Shown here: positions 1 through 7,494 of the stretch, piece by piece
How the letters are laid out: every line of letters begins with the position of its first letter
Position numbering within the stretch: position 1 is the first letter of the stretch
Origin: a virus
Taxonomy: Duplodnaviria; Heunggongvirae; Uroviricota; Caudoviricetes
IMG/VR virus record: IMGVR_UViG_2579778929_000009
Direction: 5' to 3' (one strand)
Length of the DNA: 20,224 nt
The notes under the pieces: model-generated
Told to the model about the DNA's origin: nothing
Seen by the model: only the letters and a program-made list of their open reading frames with translations
Databases searched by the model: none
Position numbers and translations under genes: made by a program

Positions 1-888
1 ATGCCACTGCTGGATAAGCTGCGTGAGCAGTACGGGGTCAGACCGGTATGCAGCGAACTGCATATTGCCCCGTCAACGTATTACCATTGTCAGCAACAGC
101 GACATCATCCGGATAAACGCAGTGCCCGTGCGCAGCACGACGACTGGCTGAAGAGAGAGATACAGCGCGTATACGATGAAAATCATCAGGTGTACGGTGT
201 GCGTAAAGTCTGGCGTCAGTTGTTACGGGAAGGAATCAGGGTGGCCAGATGTACAGTGGCGCGCCTCATGGCGGTTATGGGACTTGCCGGTGTTCTCCGG
301 GGTAAAAAGGTCCGCACTACCGTCAGCCGGAAAACCGTTGCCACAGGTGACCGCGTAAACCGTCAGTTCGTGGCAGAACGACCTGACCAGCTGTGGGTGG
401 CTGATTTTACTTACGTCAGCACATGGCAGGGCTTCGTCTATGTGGCGTTTATCATTGATGTGTTTGCCGGATACATCGTGGGGTGGCGGGTCTCATCGTC
501 TATGGAAACGACATTCGTGCTGGATGCGCTGGAGCAGGCGTTGTGGGCCCGTCGTCCGTCCGGCACGGTCCATCACAGTGATAAAGGTTCTCAGTATGTA
601 TCGCTGGCCTACACACAGCGGCTTAAGGAAGCCGGATTACTGGCATCAACAGGGAGTACAGGCGACTCGTATGACAACGCGATGGCTGAGAGCATCAATG
701 GTCTTTACAAAGCGGAGGTAATACACCGTAAGAGCTGGAAAAACCGTGCAGAAGTGGAACTGGCCACACTAACGTGGGTGGACTGGTATAACAATCGACG
801 ATTGCTGGGAAGGCTGGGCCATACTCCTCCGGCAGAAGCAGAAAAAGCTTATTATGCTTCCATCGGAAACGATGATCTGGCAGCCTGA
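1..888 (+). CDS. IS3-family transposase OrfB (DDE integrase core), IS629/IS1203-like
   Basis: 295 aa ORF with an HTH region (YGVRKVWRQLLREGIRVARCTVARLMAVMGL) and the DDE triad context (WVADFTYV, HSDKGSQY, YDNAMAESINGLYKAE). The N-terminus MPLLDKLREQYGV matches my memory of IS629 OrfB. The ATG at position 1 may be coincidental, since OrfB is normally made by frameshifting from orfA. Confidence 0.85.
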   Translation: MPLLDKLREQYGVRPVCSELHIAPSTYYHCQQQRHHPDKRSARAQHDDWLKREIQRVYDENHQVYGVRKVWRQLLREGIRVARCTVARLMAVMGLAGVLRGKKVRTTVSRKTVATGDRVNRQFVAERPDQLWVADFTYVSTWQGFVYVAFIIDVFAGYIVGWRVSSSMETTFVLDALEQALWARRPSGTVHHSDKGSQYVSLAYTQRLKEAGLLASTGSTGDSYDNAMAESINGLYKAEVIHRKSWKNRAEVELATLTWVDWYNNRRLLGRLGHTPPAEAEKAYYASIGNDDLAA

Positions 889-905
889 GTTCACAGATAA
901 AACAC

Positions 906-930
906 TCTCCAGGAAACCCGGGGCGGTTCA
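906..930. repeat. Right terminal inverted repeat of the IS629-like element
   Basis: 25 bp whose reverse complement is TGAACCGCCCCGGGTTTCCTGGAGA. The matching left repeat is outside the window, so the pairing cannot be confirmed here. Confidence 0.65.
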
Positions 931-1024
931 CAGTTTGGTAATTGACTAATCATGAGTCGCAACTCCCTAATCAGTTTGCTAAAATCAATCAAGGCAGCCT
1001 CCCATAGCTTACTGCCATAAAAAC

Positions 1025-1058
1025 AAAACCCCGCTTGCTGCCAACAAACGGGGTTTTT
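1025..1058. terminator. Putative bidirectional rho-independent terminator downstream of the endolysin gene
   Basis: aaaaccccg ... cggggttttt: an 8 bp stem with a large 15 nt loop, flanked by an A-run on the left and a T-run on the right, so it is hairpin plus U-tract in both orientations. Confidence 0.45.
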
Positions 1059-1147
1059 ACTTTTATTCACTTACATTTTGCCAGTTCGCAGGATTTCGTG
1101 TTATCCGTCCGCCTTGGCCAACGTCATTGATTAGCAAAATATTCTGC

Positions 1148-1681
1148 TTATCTGTCGATTCCCCAGCACGCCAGCGCGCTCTCCTGGTCACGACGGGATA
1201 CCTGACCGTAACAGTTATTTGAGCGAATACGGCAGTCTCTGCCACCGTCCTTAATCCACCAGCGAATCGCCTCACACGCTCCCCTGCGATCACCTGCATT
1301 AATTCGTTTATAAAACGTCGACGGAAAACACTTACCGGGGCCAATGTTGTACGGACAGAATGACGCGATCCCCGCTTTCTGGGGTTCACTCAATGGCACT
1401 CTGATGTTTTTCTCCACCCATGCCAGCGCCTTATCACGCTCAATGGCGTTAACCCGGTCGCATTTTTCCTTCGACAACTTCATGCCCGGAACGACAGGTT
1501 TGCCATCCACCAGGATGGCACCGCGGCAGATGGTCCAGATACCCGCGCCATCACGGTATGCCGTGGTGTGGTTACCTTCCTTTTCATCCAGAAACTGGTC
1601 GAGAATGTCAGGCGCAGGCGCACCAGCGGCAATCAGCGCCAGAACGGCAGCCGACAGGCCGTATCTGATTTTTGCGTTCAT
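1148..1681 (-). CDS. Phage SAR endolysin (lysozyme, T4-lysozyme-like fold), RrrQ/R21-like
   Basis: 177 aa. The N-terminal hydrophobic, Gly/Ala-rich segment YGLSAAVLALIAAGAPA is typical of a signal-anchor-release domain. It sits directly downstream of a pinholin in a lysis cassette, and its length equals that of the Qin RrrQ lysozyme as I recall it. Confidence 0.85.
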   Translation of the reverse strand: MNAKIRYGLSAAVLALIAAGAPAPDILDQFLDEKEGNHTTAYRDGAGIWTICRGAILVDGKPVVPGMKLSKEKCDRVNAIERDKALAWVEKNIRVPLSEPQKAGIASFCPYNIGPGKCFPSTFYKRINAGDRRGACEAIRWWIKDGGRDCRIRSNNCYGQVSRRDQESALACWGIDR

Positions 1682-1786
1682 GGATATTTATCAGGATTTA
1701 TCGGTTTCTGAGCCCTGGATATGTTTATCAGTTCCAGCCTGTTGCCTCAGGCTGCTAACAGGTCAATACAATCATGAGGATTATTT

Positions 1787-2059
1787 ATGGACAATAACAC
1801 CATTTCTCTACAGGAGTTGCTCGACAGCATTTCCAGGCTTCGGGAAGACGTGAATACCCTTACCGTCGCCTTCTCATATCTGGCATTCTCAATTCCAAGG
1901 GAACAGATGCAATCAACGCTGGCATCAATCCAGTTTGAATCATGCAATCCCAAATGGTCTCAGGAACAACAAGACTCTTTCAGGCGGCTTGCTGTATTAC
2001 TGGATGAAAAATATGCTGGTAAAATTACCATTTCGGCGGACTCTTCAGAGAACCCGTAA
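1787..2059 (+). CDS. Hypothetical 90 aa protein encoded opposite to the lysis genes (uncertain)
   Basis: ORF with a GAGGA Shine-Dalgarno 7 nt upstream of the ATG and a non-repetitive protein sequence. It lies in a 343 bp gap between the ydfR-like gene and the lysozyme gene, and its 3' end overlaps the convergent ydfR-like gene by 35 nt. No homolog recognised. Confidence 0.3.
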   Translation: MDNNTISLQELLDSISRLREDVNTLTVAFSYLAFSIPREQMQSTLASIQFESCNPKWSQEQQDSFRRLAVLLDEKYAGKITISADSSENP

Positions 2060-2369
2060 TTATTCCCGGTAGTTTTCCTCTGTAGGTTATCAACACATCC
2101 TGCGCCTCTAAAATTACGGGGCGCTTTTCCGGCGACTGCTCATCCCCTTCACATAACCCGGCAGCAACATCCAGGAAGACCTGTCTGATGCTCCTTCTGG
2201 CTGCTGCCTCATAAAACTCCAGCGCGGCACCTTCAACACGGTCCAGCGAGATGTCCAGGTCAAAAATTTCACCGTCAAAGCGTTTTTTGTCCCGTAACGC
2301 TAAAGTTACCGTAACTTTATTCTCAAAATTGCGGATCCCTTTCACAATCAGTTCATAGTTTTGAGTCAT
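2025..2369 (-). CDS. YdfR-like (DUF1327-type) protein located between holin and endolysin
   Basis: 114 aa ORF with a GGAGAG Shine-Dalgarno, directly following the holin stop. Its position mirrors essQ-ydfR-rrrQ in the K-12 Qin prophage; the family assignment is from memory of that gene order, not from sequence alignment. Confidence 0.55.
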   Translation of the reverse strand: MTQNYELIVKGIRNFENKVTVTLALRDKKRFDGEIFDLDISLDRVEGAALEFYEAAARRSIRQVFLDVAAGLCEGDEQSPEKRPVILEAQDVLITYRGKLPGIITGSLKSPPKW

Positions 2370-2373
2370 TGAA

Positions 2374-2589
2374 TTACTCTCCCCGTGCAGCCTTACGACG
2401 GTCCTCTCTGATTTTGAAATACAGGTTAGTCAGATATGTCAGCAGCCCAAACAGCAGACTCCCCAGCACGCCTATTGCCGCCCACTGAGACGGGGAAACC
2501 CTGTCCAGCAACTGCAGGAACCAGTAGCCCGTTCCCACCGCTGACGTGGTGTATGACACACCTGTTGTGATTTTTTCCATCTGGTACAT
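2374..2589 (-). CDS. Class II holin (pinholin), phage 21 S21-like, with a dual-start motif
   Basis: [71 protein letters not shown] is near-identical in its C-terminal two thirds to my recollection of S21 (…[25 protein letters not shown]…[20 protein letters not shown]). Met1 and Met4 give 71 aa and 68 aa products (antiholin and holin). A GGGAGACGGGG Shine-Dalgarno precedes the start. The six-frame ORF extends upstream to 2667, but that extension lacks support. Confidence 0.85.
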   Translation of the reverse strand: MYQMEKITTGVSYTTSAVGTGYWFLQLLDRVSPSQWAAIGVLGSLLFGLLTYLTNLYFKIREDRRKAARGE

Positions 2590-2739
2590 ACCCCGTCTCC
2601 CGTTATCCGGAAGCTGACAACAATAAAAAAAGCCACCAGTTAAGTACTGATGGCTCTGATAACTCATGCAGGCATCTCAGACGACCCACTGACACTACCG
2701 GTGAGTTTAACGATACCTTCCATTTGACTGGCTCACTTT

Positions 2740-4596
2740 TTATGATGATGCTGGTGCATTTATCTCCAGCACCAGACTTTCTATCTCAACGCCATACGCT
2801 GCATTTTTGGTAATATCCGTCAGCGTCAGCGCATTCAGCCCCAGTGTCAGACTGTCTTTTATGACCTGGAATGCCGGGCCAGCCACTCCATTCAGTTTCG
2901 GAGTAACCGTGGCACTGCCGGCGGTGAACACCAGCTCCAGCGTCTGCCAGTCGTTACTGTAATTCCCGAACTCGCCCAACTTTGTGTTTCCTGCTTTCCT
3001 GTGATGCATCAGATTCAGTTTGCCGTCTGTGGTCTGGGTGAAGAACGACATCAGGAACGGGTTACCAGTCCCGGTCATCGCCACGACGTCAGGTAACGCT
3101 ACATCGGTATACAGATAAATTCCCAGACCGAACTGGTTGTTGGTCAGTGCGCCTGACAGTCGAAACTTACAGCTCAGTCTGCCACCCCGTGTCAGCAGGG
3201 AGACTGCGTCATCCACCGGATGCATCAGGGACCAGGTTTTATTGCTCTGCTTGGTAACCTTAAACACACCATCTTCCAGCGCAACACTGCCGCCGGTGAT
3301 GGTCCAGCCCTGCGCAGCAGCCTCTCCGGCTGTCGGCAGCAGGGAGACTGTACGAACGGATGTGTCACCATCAGACGGCCCCGATGGCGTGTCGCCGCCG
3401 GGCGAGGGTTTAATCTCCGGTGCGGTACCGCTGATGAAGGCGCTGGTTCGACCAACTGCGTTCAGAATAGCGGTTGCCAGGCGATCCGAAATAATGCCCC
3501 TGCGCGCCCATGAACTGAAATGTGTCGGACGATTTGACGATACCCAATTACCATTACTACGGGATTGCGCGCCGTAATAACCTGCATCAGCAATATCCGG
3601 GTCTTCTGCCGGTAAGTTGGTGGGCGTGTTGTTGCCGTTACCGTCGGTCATGAACGGCACAAAGAAAACGTTGTCGCTCTCCCTGTTTTTGTACGCGCCG
3701 TAGACGGAGTCATACTGTGTGCCGTATGTGTTTTTCCAGTAATACGTCGTGTCGCCACAAATCCACGGTACAACTGCAGCACTGCCGCCATGGCACTGCG
3801 CCGCCAGCCCGGCAAGGTCAGCACGGAACTGCTGTACCATTGCAAGAAATGCTGCTGGCTGCTGGGCGTAACTGGCATTCGTCATATCGAATTCCCCCTG
3901 CATCCAGCATATCGCCAGCAAAACGTTTTTCGGGTTTTTCTGCAATGCTGCCTTCGTGCGGAAAAGCAGATCCTGATATAATGGTTTACCCACACCCCAG
4001 CGTGCCGAATCCTGGCTGGCCCCCGTGTCCGCACTGAATGTCCCCTCCGCGCCCTGGGTGAATGCCGAACCACCACGACAGCATGGTACCAGCAGGATCC
4101 CCGCATTATTAGGGATATACGGAAGCAGTTTTTTGGCAATATGTAAGCCCTGTCCGACACAGCCGTACTGCCCTTTGCTCAGGTCAGCCCGGGGATGGTT
4201 AATCGTACTCATATCCTGAACATCATGCAGACAATGGTCAGCAGGAATGATGTCGTTAAATACGCATACTTCACCACCGGGAGTCACTGTGTTACGACGG
4301 GCCAGTTGCTTAATGCGCGGATGGGGCGCATCGTATGAATCCGGAAGCGGAAGCCCTTCACCGTAAGCCATGGCATTGGACTGCCCGGCCAGTACGATGA
4401 CGTAGTACCACTCCGGCTCAGTTGCACCACTGACGACCACATCACCTTCTGCTGCAATCGCCTGCATCAGGGTATAAGGGGTTATGGCCACCGGACTACC
4501 AAACGGCTGCCAGCCCTCTTTCAGTTTATGTGTCAGCTTTTCCGCAAGATCTGACGGCGACGCCGCCCTGACAACATCATAGTGTTTAAATGCCAT
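2740..4596 (-). CDS. Prophage 9-O-acetyl-sialic-acid esterase, NanS-p-like (SGNH/SASA hydrolase)
   Basis: 618 aa with a GQSNA motif near the N-terminal domain (SASA/DUF303-type esterase signature) and a GGGAGGA Shine-Dalgarno. It lies between the tRNA cluster and the holin, which is where nanS-p homologs sit downstream of stxAB in Stx phages. Confidence 0.8.
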   Translation of the reverse strand: MAFKHYDVVRAASPSDLAEKLTHKLKEGWQPFGSPVAITPYTLMQAIAAEGDVVVSGATEPEWYYVIVLAGQSNAMAYGEGLPLPDSYDAPHPRIKQLARRNTVTPGGEVCVFNDIIPADHCLHDVQDMSTINHPRADLSKGQYGCVGQGLHIAKKLLPYIPNNAGILLVPCCRGGSAFTQGAEGTFSADTGASQDSARWGVGKPLYQDLLFRTKAALQKNPKNVLLAICWMQGEFDMTNASYAQQPAAFLAMVQQFRADLAGLAAQCHGGSAAVVPWICGDTTYYWKNTYGTQYDSVYGAYKNRESDNVFFVPFMTDGNGNNTPTNLPAEDPDIADAGYYGAQSRSNGNWVSSNRPTHFSSWARRGIISDRLATAILNAVGRTSAFISGTAPEIKPSPGGDTPSGPSDGDTSVRTVSLLPTAGEAAAQGWTITGGSVALEDGVFKVTKQSNKTWSLMHPVDDAVSLLTRGGRLSCKFRLSGALTNNQFGLGIYLYTDVALPDVVAMTGTGNPFLMSFFTQTTDGKLNLMHHRKAGNTKLGEFGNYSNDWQTLELVFTAGSATVTPKLNGVAGPAFQVIKDSLTLGLNALTLTDITKNAAYGVEIESLVLEINAPASS

Positions 4597-4789
4597 GAAT
4601 CCTCCCGGCCGGGATAATATTGTGAGTAAAATGAGGAGCGGGCTGAAGTCCGGAAGTTACAGGACAATGGCAGAAGAGAGACAACAGCCCGCAATACGAA
4701 AAAGGCCGCGCTATTGCGCAGAGTGATTACTGTCGGATATTATTCGCCAGCTGAAATATTACTTCACGTTTTATTGTTTATTCCTTGCC

Positions 4790-4818
4790 GCCCGCGTCTC
4801 CCAGCGCGGGCTTTTTTT
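4790..4818 (+). terminator. Rho-independent terminator on the plus strand with no obvious upstream plus-strand gene
   Basis: gcccgcg (4790-4796), loop tctcccag, cgcgggc (4805-4811), followed by ttttttt (4812-4818). Confidence 0.55.
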
Positions 4819-4823
4819 GCCCA

Positions 4824-5060
4824 CAAGAAAACCCCTCCGGAGAGGGGCTAAAGCCGCGTATCTGTATCATCATGCACATGGTGCCGGGTGCCTCCCGGTG
4901 AGTTCAGCCCGGTGCCACTAAACCCGCGTCATTCTCGTTTTGATAATCAGAGATTATACCGTCACCAGTCGCCCCTCCGCTCAGGGGGATTCACCATGCG
5001 AAATTTTTTTAACAAATGCCCAGTCTGACAGGCAACTGTCAACTTACTGAATTGTGAGCA
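4824..5060. repeat. Paralogous non-coding module A (~235 bp), hairpin-rich
   Basis: Shares conserved blocks with module B: cccctccggagaggggct, catggtgccgggtgcctcccggtga, gcccctccgcNcagggggattcaccatgc, ttttaacaaa and ctgaattgtgag. Contains three perfect short palindromic hairpins. Confidence 0.7.
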
Positions 5061-5093
5061 ACATAGCATTTAACGGGGAACCTGTTTTCTGCA

Positions 5094-5122
5094 GTAAAAA
5101 GGCCCACCGGAGCGGATGGGCC
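5094..5122 (-). terminator. Putative minus-strand terminator between the two modules
   Basis: ggccca ... tgggcc stem; on the minus strand it is followed by ttttta. Confidence 0.45.
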
Positions 5123-5310
5123 TGGAAGGATAGCGGTCATGTGATGCCGGTTTCCCGGTAACTCAGCACCGGTATCTGAGTCAACGTTTTCTCTACTGGG
5201 TCATTTCCGATACGCCCTGCCTGCTGACAGGCTTTCATCACATCTGAAAATATAGCACCCTGACTGATACTGTAGTACCTAAGGTTCCAGAAACTGTGAT
5301 GTATCCGGCA

Positions 5311-5530
5311 CAGAAAAGCCCCTCCGGAGAGGGGCTGGAGAGTGGCGCTATGTGCCATTGCATGGTGCCGGGTGCCTCCCGGTGAATTCAGTACCAGCAC
5401 CTGAATCCGCGATTATCCCATATACCTACTCGCTGATTGCCCCTCCGCACAGGGGGATTCACCATGCCAGTTTCTTTTAACAAACTCCCCGCAAACCAGA
5501 CAACAGTCAACCGCCTGAATTGTGAGACAT
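5311..5530. repeat. Paralogous non-coding module B (~220 bp), hairpin-rich
   Basis: Same conserved blocks as module A in the same order. The hairpin cccctc-cgga-gagggg at 5319-5334 is followed by T-rich sequence on the minus strand. Confidence 0.7.
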
Positions 5531-5532
5531 TT

Positions 5533-5556
5533 AAAAAAAAGCCCGCAAAAGCGAGC
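5533..5556 (-). terminator. Putative minus-strand terminator immediately downstream of the tRNA cluster
   Basis: On the minus strand: gctcgc tttt gcgggc followed by tttttttt. The stem has one mismatch. Confidence 0.4.
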
Positions 5557-5571
5557 CAGTGAAAATAAGTG

Positions 5572-5648
5572 TGGCGCGTTGTACTGGATTCGAACCAGTG
5601 ACCGATTGCTTAGAAGGCAATTGCTCTGTCCGGCTGAGCTAACAACGC
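5572..5648 (-). tRNA. argO: tRNA-Arg (anticodon UCU), argO-like
   Basis: Manual cloverleaf: acceptor GCGTTGT/ACAACGC, D-arm AGCTCAGCCGGACAGAGC, anticodon loop CUUCUAA, T-arm GGTTCGAATCC, discriminator G. CCA is encoded. Confidence 0.8.
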
Positions 5649-5661
5649 AGGATACAGATAA

Positions 5662-5738
5662 TGGACCGCCTTCGGGGACCCGAACTCCGCGCAACCAGCT
5701 TCGAAGGCTGGCGCTCTTTCCTGATGAGCTAATGGCGG
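5662..5738 (-). tRNA. argN: tRNA-Arg (anticodon UCG), argN-like; fold has some mismatches
   Basis: Manual fold: D-stem GCTC/GAGC, anticodon stem CCAGC/GCTGG with loop CUUCGAA, acceptor 6 of 7 pairs, T-stem 4 of 5 pairs. Its position between the two other tRNAs matches the ileZ-argN-argO order of Stx phages. Confidence 0.55.
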
Positions 5739-5745
5739 TATGTGA

Positions 5746-5821
5746 TGGTGGCCCTTGCTGGATTTGAACCAGCGACCTGGCGATTATGAGTCGCTCGCTC
5801 TCACCACTGAGCTAAAGGGCC
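5746..5821 (-). tRNA. ileZ: tRNA-Ile2/Met-type (anticodon CAU), ileZ-like
   Basis: GGCCCTTTAGCTCAGTGGTGAGAGCGAGCGACTCATAATCGCCAGGTCGCTGGTTCAAATCCAGCAAGGGCCACCA. Acceptor GGCCCTT/AAGGGCC, anticodon loop CUCAUAA; closely resembles E. coli ileX as I remember it. Confidence 0.85.
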
Positions 5822-5870
5822 GGGAGCAGAATAATAATGGTGCGTAATTAATTCTGCAATCTCATCCGTT

Positions 5871-6920
5871 TCAAACGATTAAATCCTGAACTTCCCTGAC
5901 TGTCTGCTCAAAACGTCCGGTCTCCAGCTCAACACCAATCGCACGACGCCCCAGTGCCATCGCCGCTTTTACCGTTGAACCCGACCCCATGAAAAAATCC
6001 GCAACCAGATCACCAGGACGGCTACTTGCGCTGATTATCTGCTGCAGCATTTCTGCCGGTTTTTCGCACGGATGTTTCCCGGGATAGAACTGCACCGGTT
6101 TATGCGTCCACACATCGGTATACGGCACCTGCACCGTCACGCCAAAATACCGCCGCAGATGTTTATATTCACTCAGCAGCTCCGCATACTGCCGGTTCAG
6201 TGAGGTATACGTATCCACCAGCTGGTGGTGGAGCTTTTCCAGTTCACCACGCCGATGCTTCTCTTCTGCCACCCGGGCAAACAGCGCCTGTAATTTCAGA
6301 TAATCGCTTTCATTCGGTAGCTGCCACTGACTGGCACTGAACCAGTGCGACACCATGTTTTTCTTTCCTGTGGCATCTGCAATCTGTTTTGCCGTTATCC
6401 CCAAGGCCGCGCGCGCATCACGAAAGTAAGAAATCAGCGGGGCCATCACATGCTGTTTCAGTGCACTGCCCTTCGCCGCATACCCGGCATCTTTCGGACG
6501 ATACGGCCCCTGATAATGTTCCGCGAACAGAATGCGCTCTGTGGCGGGGAAATACGCCCGCAGGCTTTCCTTGTTGCACCCGTTCCAGCGTCCGGACGGC
6601 TTCGCCCAGATAATATGGTTCAGCACACTGAAGCGTTCACGCATCATGATTTCGATATCAGATGCCAGGCGATGACCACAGAACAGGTAAAGACTTCCGG
6701 CAGGTTTCAGCACCCGCCAGAACTGCGCCAGACACTGGTCCAGCCATTTCAGGTAATCATCGTCGCCCTTCCACTGGTTATCCCAGCCCTCAGGCTTCAC
6801 TTTAAAGTACGGCGGGTCCGTGACTATCAGGTCAACAGAATTTTCGGGTAACGACCGGATAAATTCCAGGCAGTCGGCGTTGATTAACTCACAACTGGAT
6901 ATTTTTACAGTATTAAGCAT
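5871..6920 (-). CDS. DNA methyltransferase (amino-MTase, N6-adenine or N4-cytosine; DPPY motif precedes the AdoMet-binding motif)
   Basis: 349 aa with DLIVTDPPYF (motif IV) near the N-terminus and FFMGSGST (motif I, AdoMet binding) near the C-terminus. Confidence 0.85.
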   Translation of the reverse strand: MLNTVKISSCELINADCLEFIRSLPENSVDLIVTDPPYFKVKPEGWDNQWKGDDDYLKWLDQCLAQFWRVLKPAGSLYLFCGHRLASDIEIMMRERFSVLNHIIWAKPSGRWNGCNKESLRAYFPATERILFAEHYQGPYRPKDAGYAAKGSALKQHVMAPLISYFRDARAALGITAKQIADATGKKNMVSHWFSASQWQLPNESDYLKLQALFARVAEEKHRRGELEKLHHQLVDTYTSLNRQYAELLSEYKHLRRYFGVTVQVPYTDVWTHKPVQFYPGKHPCEKPAEMLQQIISASSRPGDLVADFFMGSGSTVKAAMALGRRAIGVELETGRFEQTVREVQDLIV

Positions 6921-7012
6921 GGATCATTAAGCCTGTCTCTGATAGGCTCATTCTGCTTTTGCGCAAAGCAGTGGGCCTGAGGTTTGCTTGTGAACCCAAC
7001 GCATGAGCAGAT

Positions 7013-7043
7013 GGCTGGTGGGTGCCCCTAACACCCACCAGCC
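7013..7043. promoter_or_regulatory. Perfect 12 bp stem-loop with no adjacent U-tract, between the small ORF and the methyltransferase gene
   Basis: ggctggtgggtg - cccctaa - cacccaccagcc. Confidence 0.4.
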
Positions 7044-7056
7044 GCCCATTTACCAC

Positions 7057-7084
7057 AAATAAAAAAGCCTTCACTGCGGAAGGC
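7057..7084 (-). terminator. Minus-strand rho-independent terminator overlapping the end of the small ORF
   Basis: On the minus strand: gccttc cgcagt gaaggc followed by ttttttattt. Confidence 0.55.
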
Positions 7085-7268
7085 GTCTGTAACAACCGAA
7101 CTGATAGTCTGCCAGACCCGCCATAACCAGCTGAGTCAGTATTAACTGGCAGCGTTCGCGTGAAAGGTAAGTATTCTGCGCAATCTCCCCGACTGTCGCC
7201 GGTTCGGTGACGCTTAATTCATTAAACACCACTCTGGCGGTTTCTGTCATATCCTGCTGTTTTAGCAT
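7071..7268 (-). CDS. Hypothetical small protein (~65 aa) downstream of Q
   Basis: ORF from the internal Met (MLKQQDMTETARVVFNELSVTEPATVGEIAQNTYLSRERCQLILTQLVMAGLADYQFGCYRRLPQ) with a weak AAGGGA Shine-Dalgarno. No family recognised. Confidence 0.35.
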   Translation of the reverse strand: MLKQQDMTETARVVFNELSVTEPATVGEIAQNTYLSRERCQLILTQLVMAGLADYQFGCYRRLPQ

Positions 7269-7388
7269 GTCTTTTTCCCTTTTCCGGTTAACGTGACACA
7301 CCAATAACTCTTGTCGAAAAAGCCAGCAAGCTGAAAGACAGGTATTCACCGCCACCAGCGCGTTTACTGTACTGACGCGATTTCAGTC

Positions 7389-7412
7389 ATAAAAAACCCG
7401 CCAGGCGGCGGG
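7389..7412 (-). terminator. tR-prime-like terminator downstream of the Q gene
   Basis: On the minus strand: cccgcc gcct ggcggg followed by ttttttat. It lies ~85-105 bp downstream of the Q-like stop. Confidence 0.55.
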
Positions 7413-7461
7413 GTGTAAAAAATCTTCTAACGTCAGGCATAAAACGCCTATCGTTAGAGCA

Positions 7462-7489
7462 AATTTACCACAGATTCGGGAAAAATCAA
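7462..7489 (-). promoter_or_regulatory. Candidate late promoter (pR-prime-like) on the minus strand, just downstream of Q
   Basis: On the minus strand: TTGATT, 16 nt spacer, TAAATT. Its position immediately after the Q stop and before the terminator is analogous to lambda pR-prime/qut/tR-prime. Confidence 0.35.
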
Positions 7490-7494
7490 CAACA

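Larger units (their letters stand above)
1..930 (+). mobile_element. IS629-like (IS3 family) insertion sequence, right-hand part; the left part with orfA lies outside the window
   Basis: A complete OrfB-type DDE transposase ORF is followed 42 bp later by a terminal inverted repeat ending ...GGTTCA at 930. The reverse complement of 906-930 is TGAACCGCCCCGGGTTTCCTGGAGA, which matches my recollection of the IS629 terminal repeat, with the TG...CA ends typical of IS3 family elements. Confidence 0.8.

Noticed and set aside
1063-1389. Minus-strand 108 aa ORF considered as a possible Rz/spanin gene
   Set aside because: It overlaps the endolysin gene in another frame over most of its length and extends only 28 codons past the endolysin stop. 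No resemblance to the Rz sequence I remember.
3137-4219. Several 60-146 aa ORFs on both strands inside the nanS-p gene
   Set aside because: They lie fully within a long, well-supported coding region (in alternative frames or antisense) and are typical spurious frames.
4597-5571. Checked for stxA/stxB-like coding sequence and for a CRISPR array
   Set aside because: No ORF resembling Shiga toxin subunits. The repeats are only two copies of a ~220 bp module with internal hairpins, not short regularly spaced direct repeats with spacers.
5137-5767. ORFs 5137-5400 (-), 5413-5694 (-) and 5522-5767 (+)
   Set aside because: They run through tRNA genes and through the conserved hairpin blocks of the repeat modules. 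Their translations are dominated by hairpin-derived sequence and they have no good start context.
6345-6851. Plus-strand 168 aa ORF
   Set aside because: Antisense to the methyltransferase gene, which has clear catalytic motifs; no independent support.
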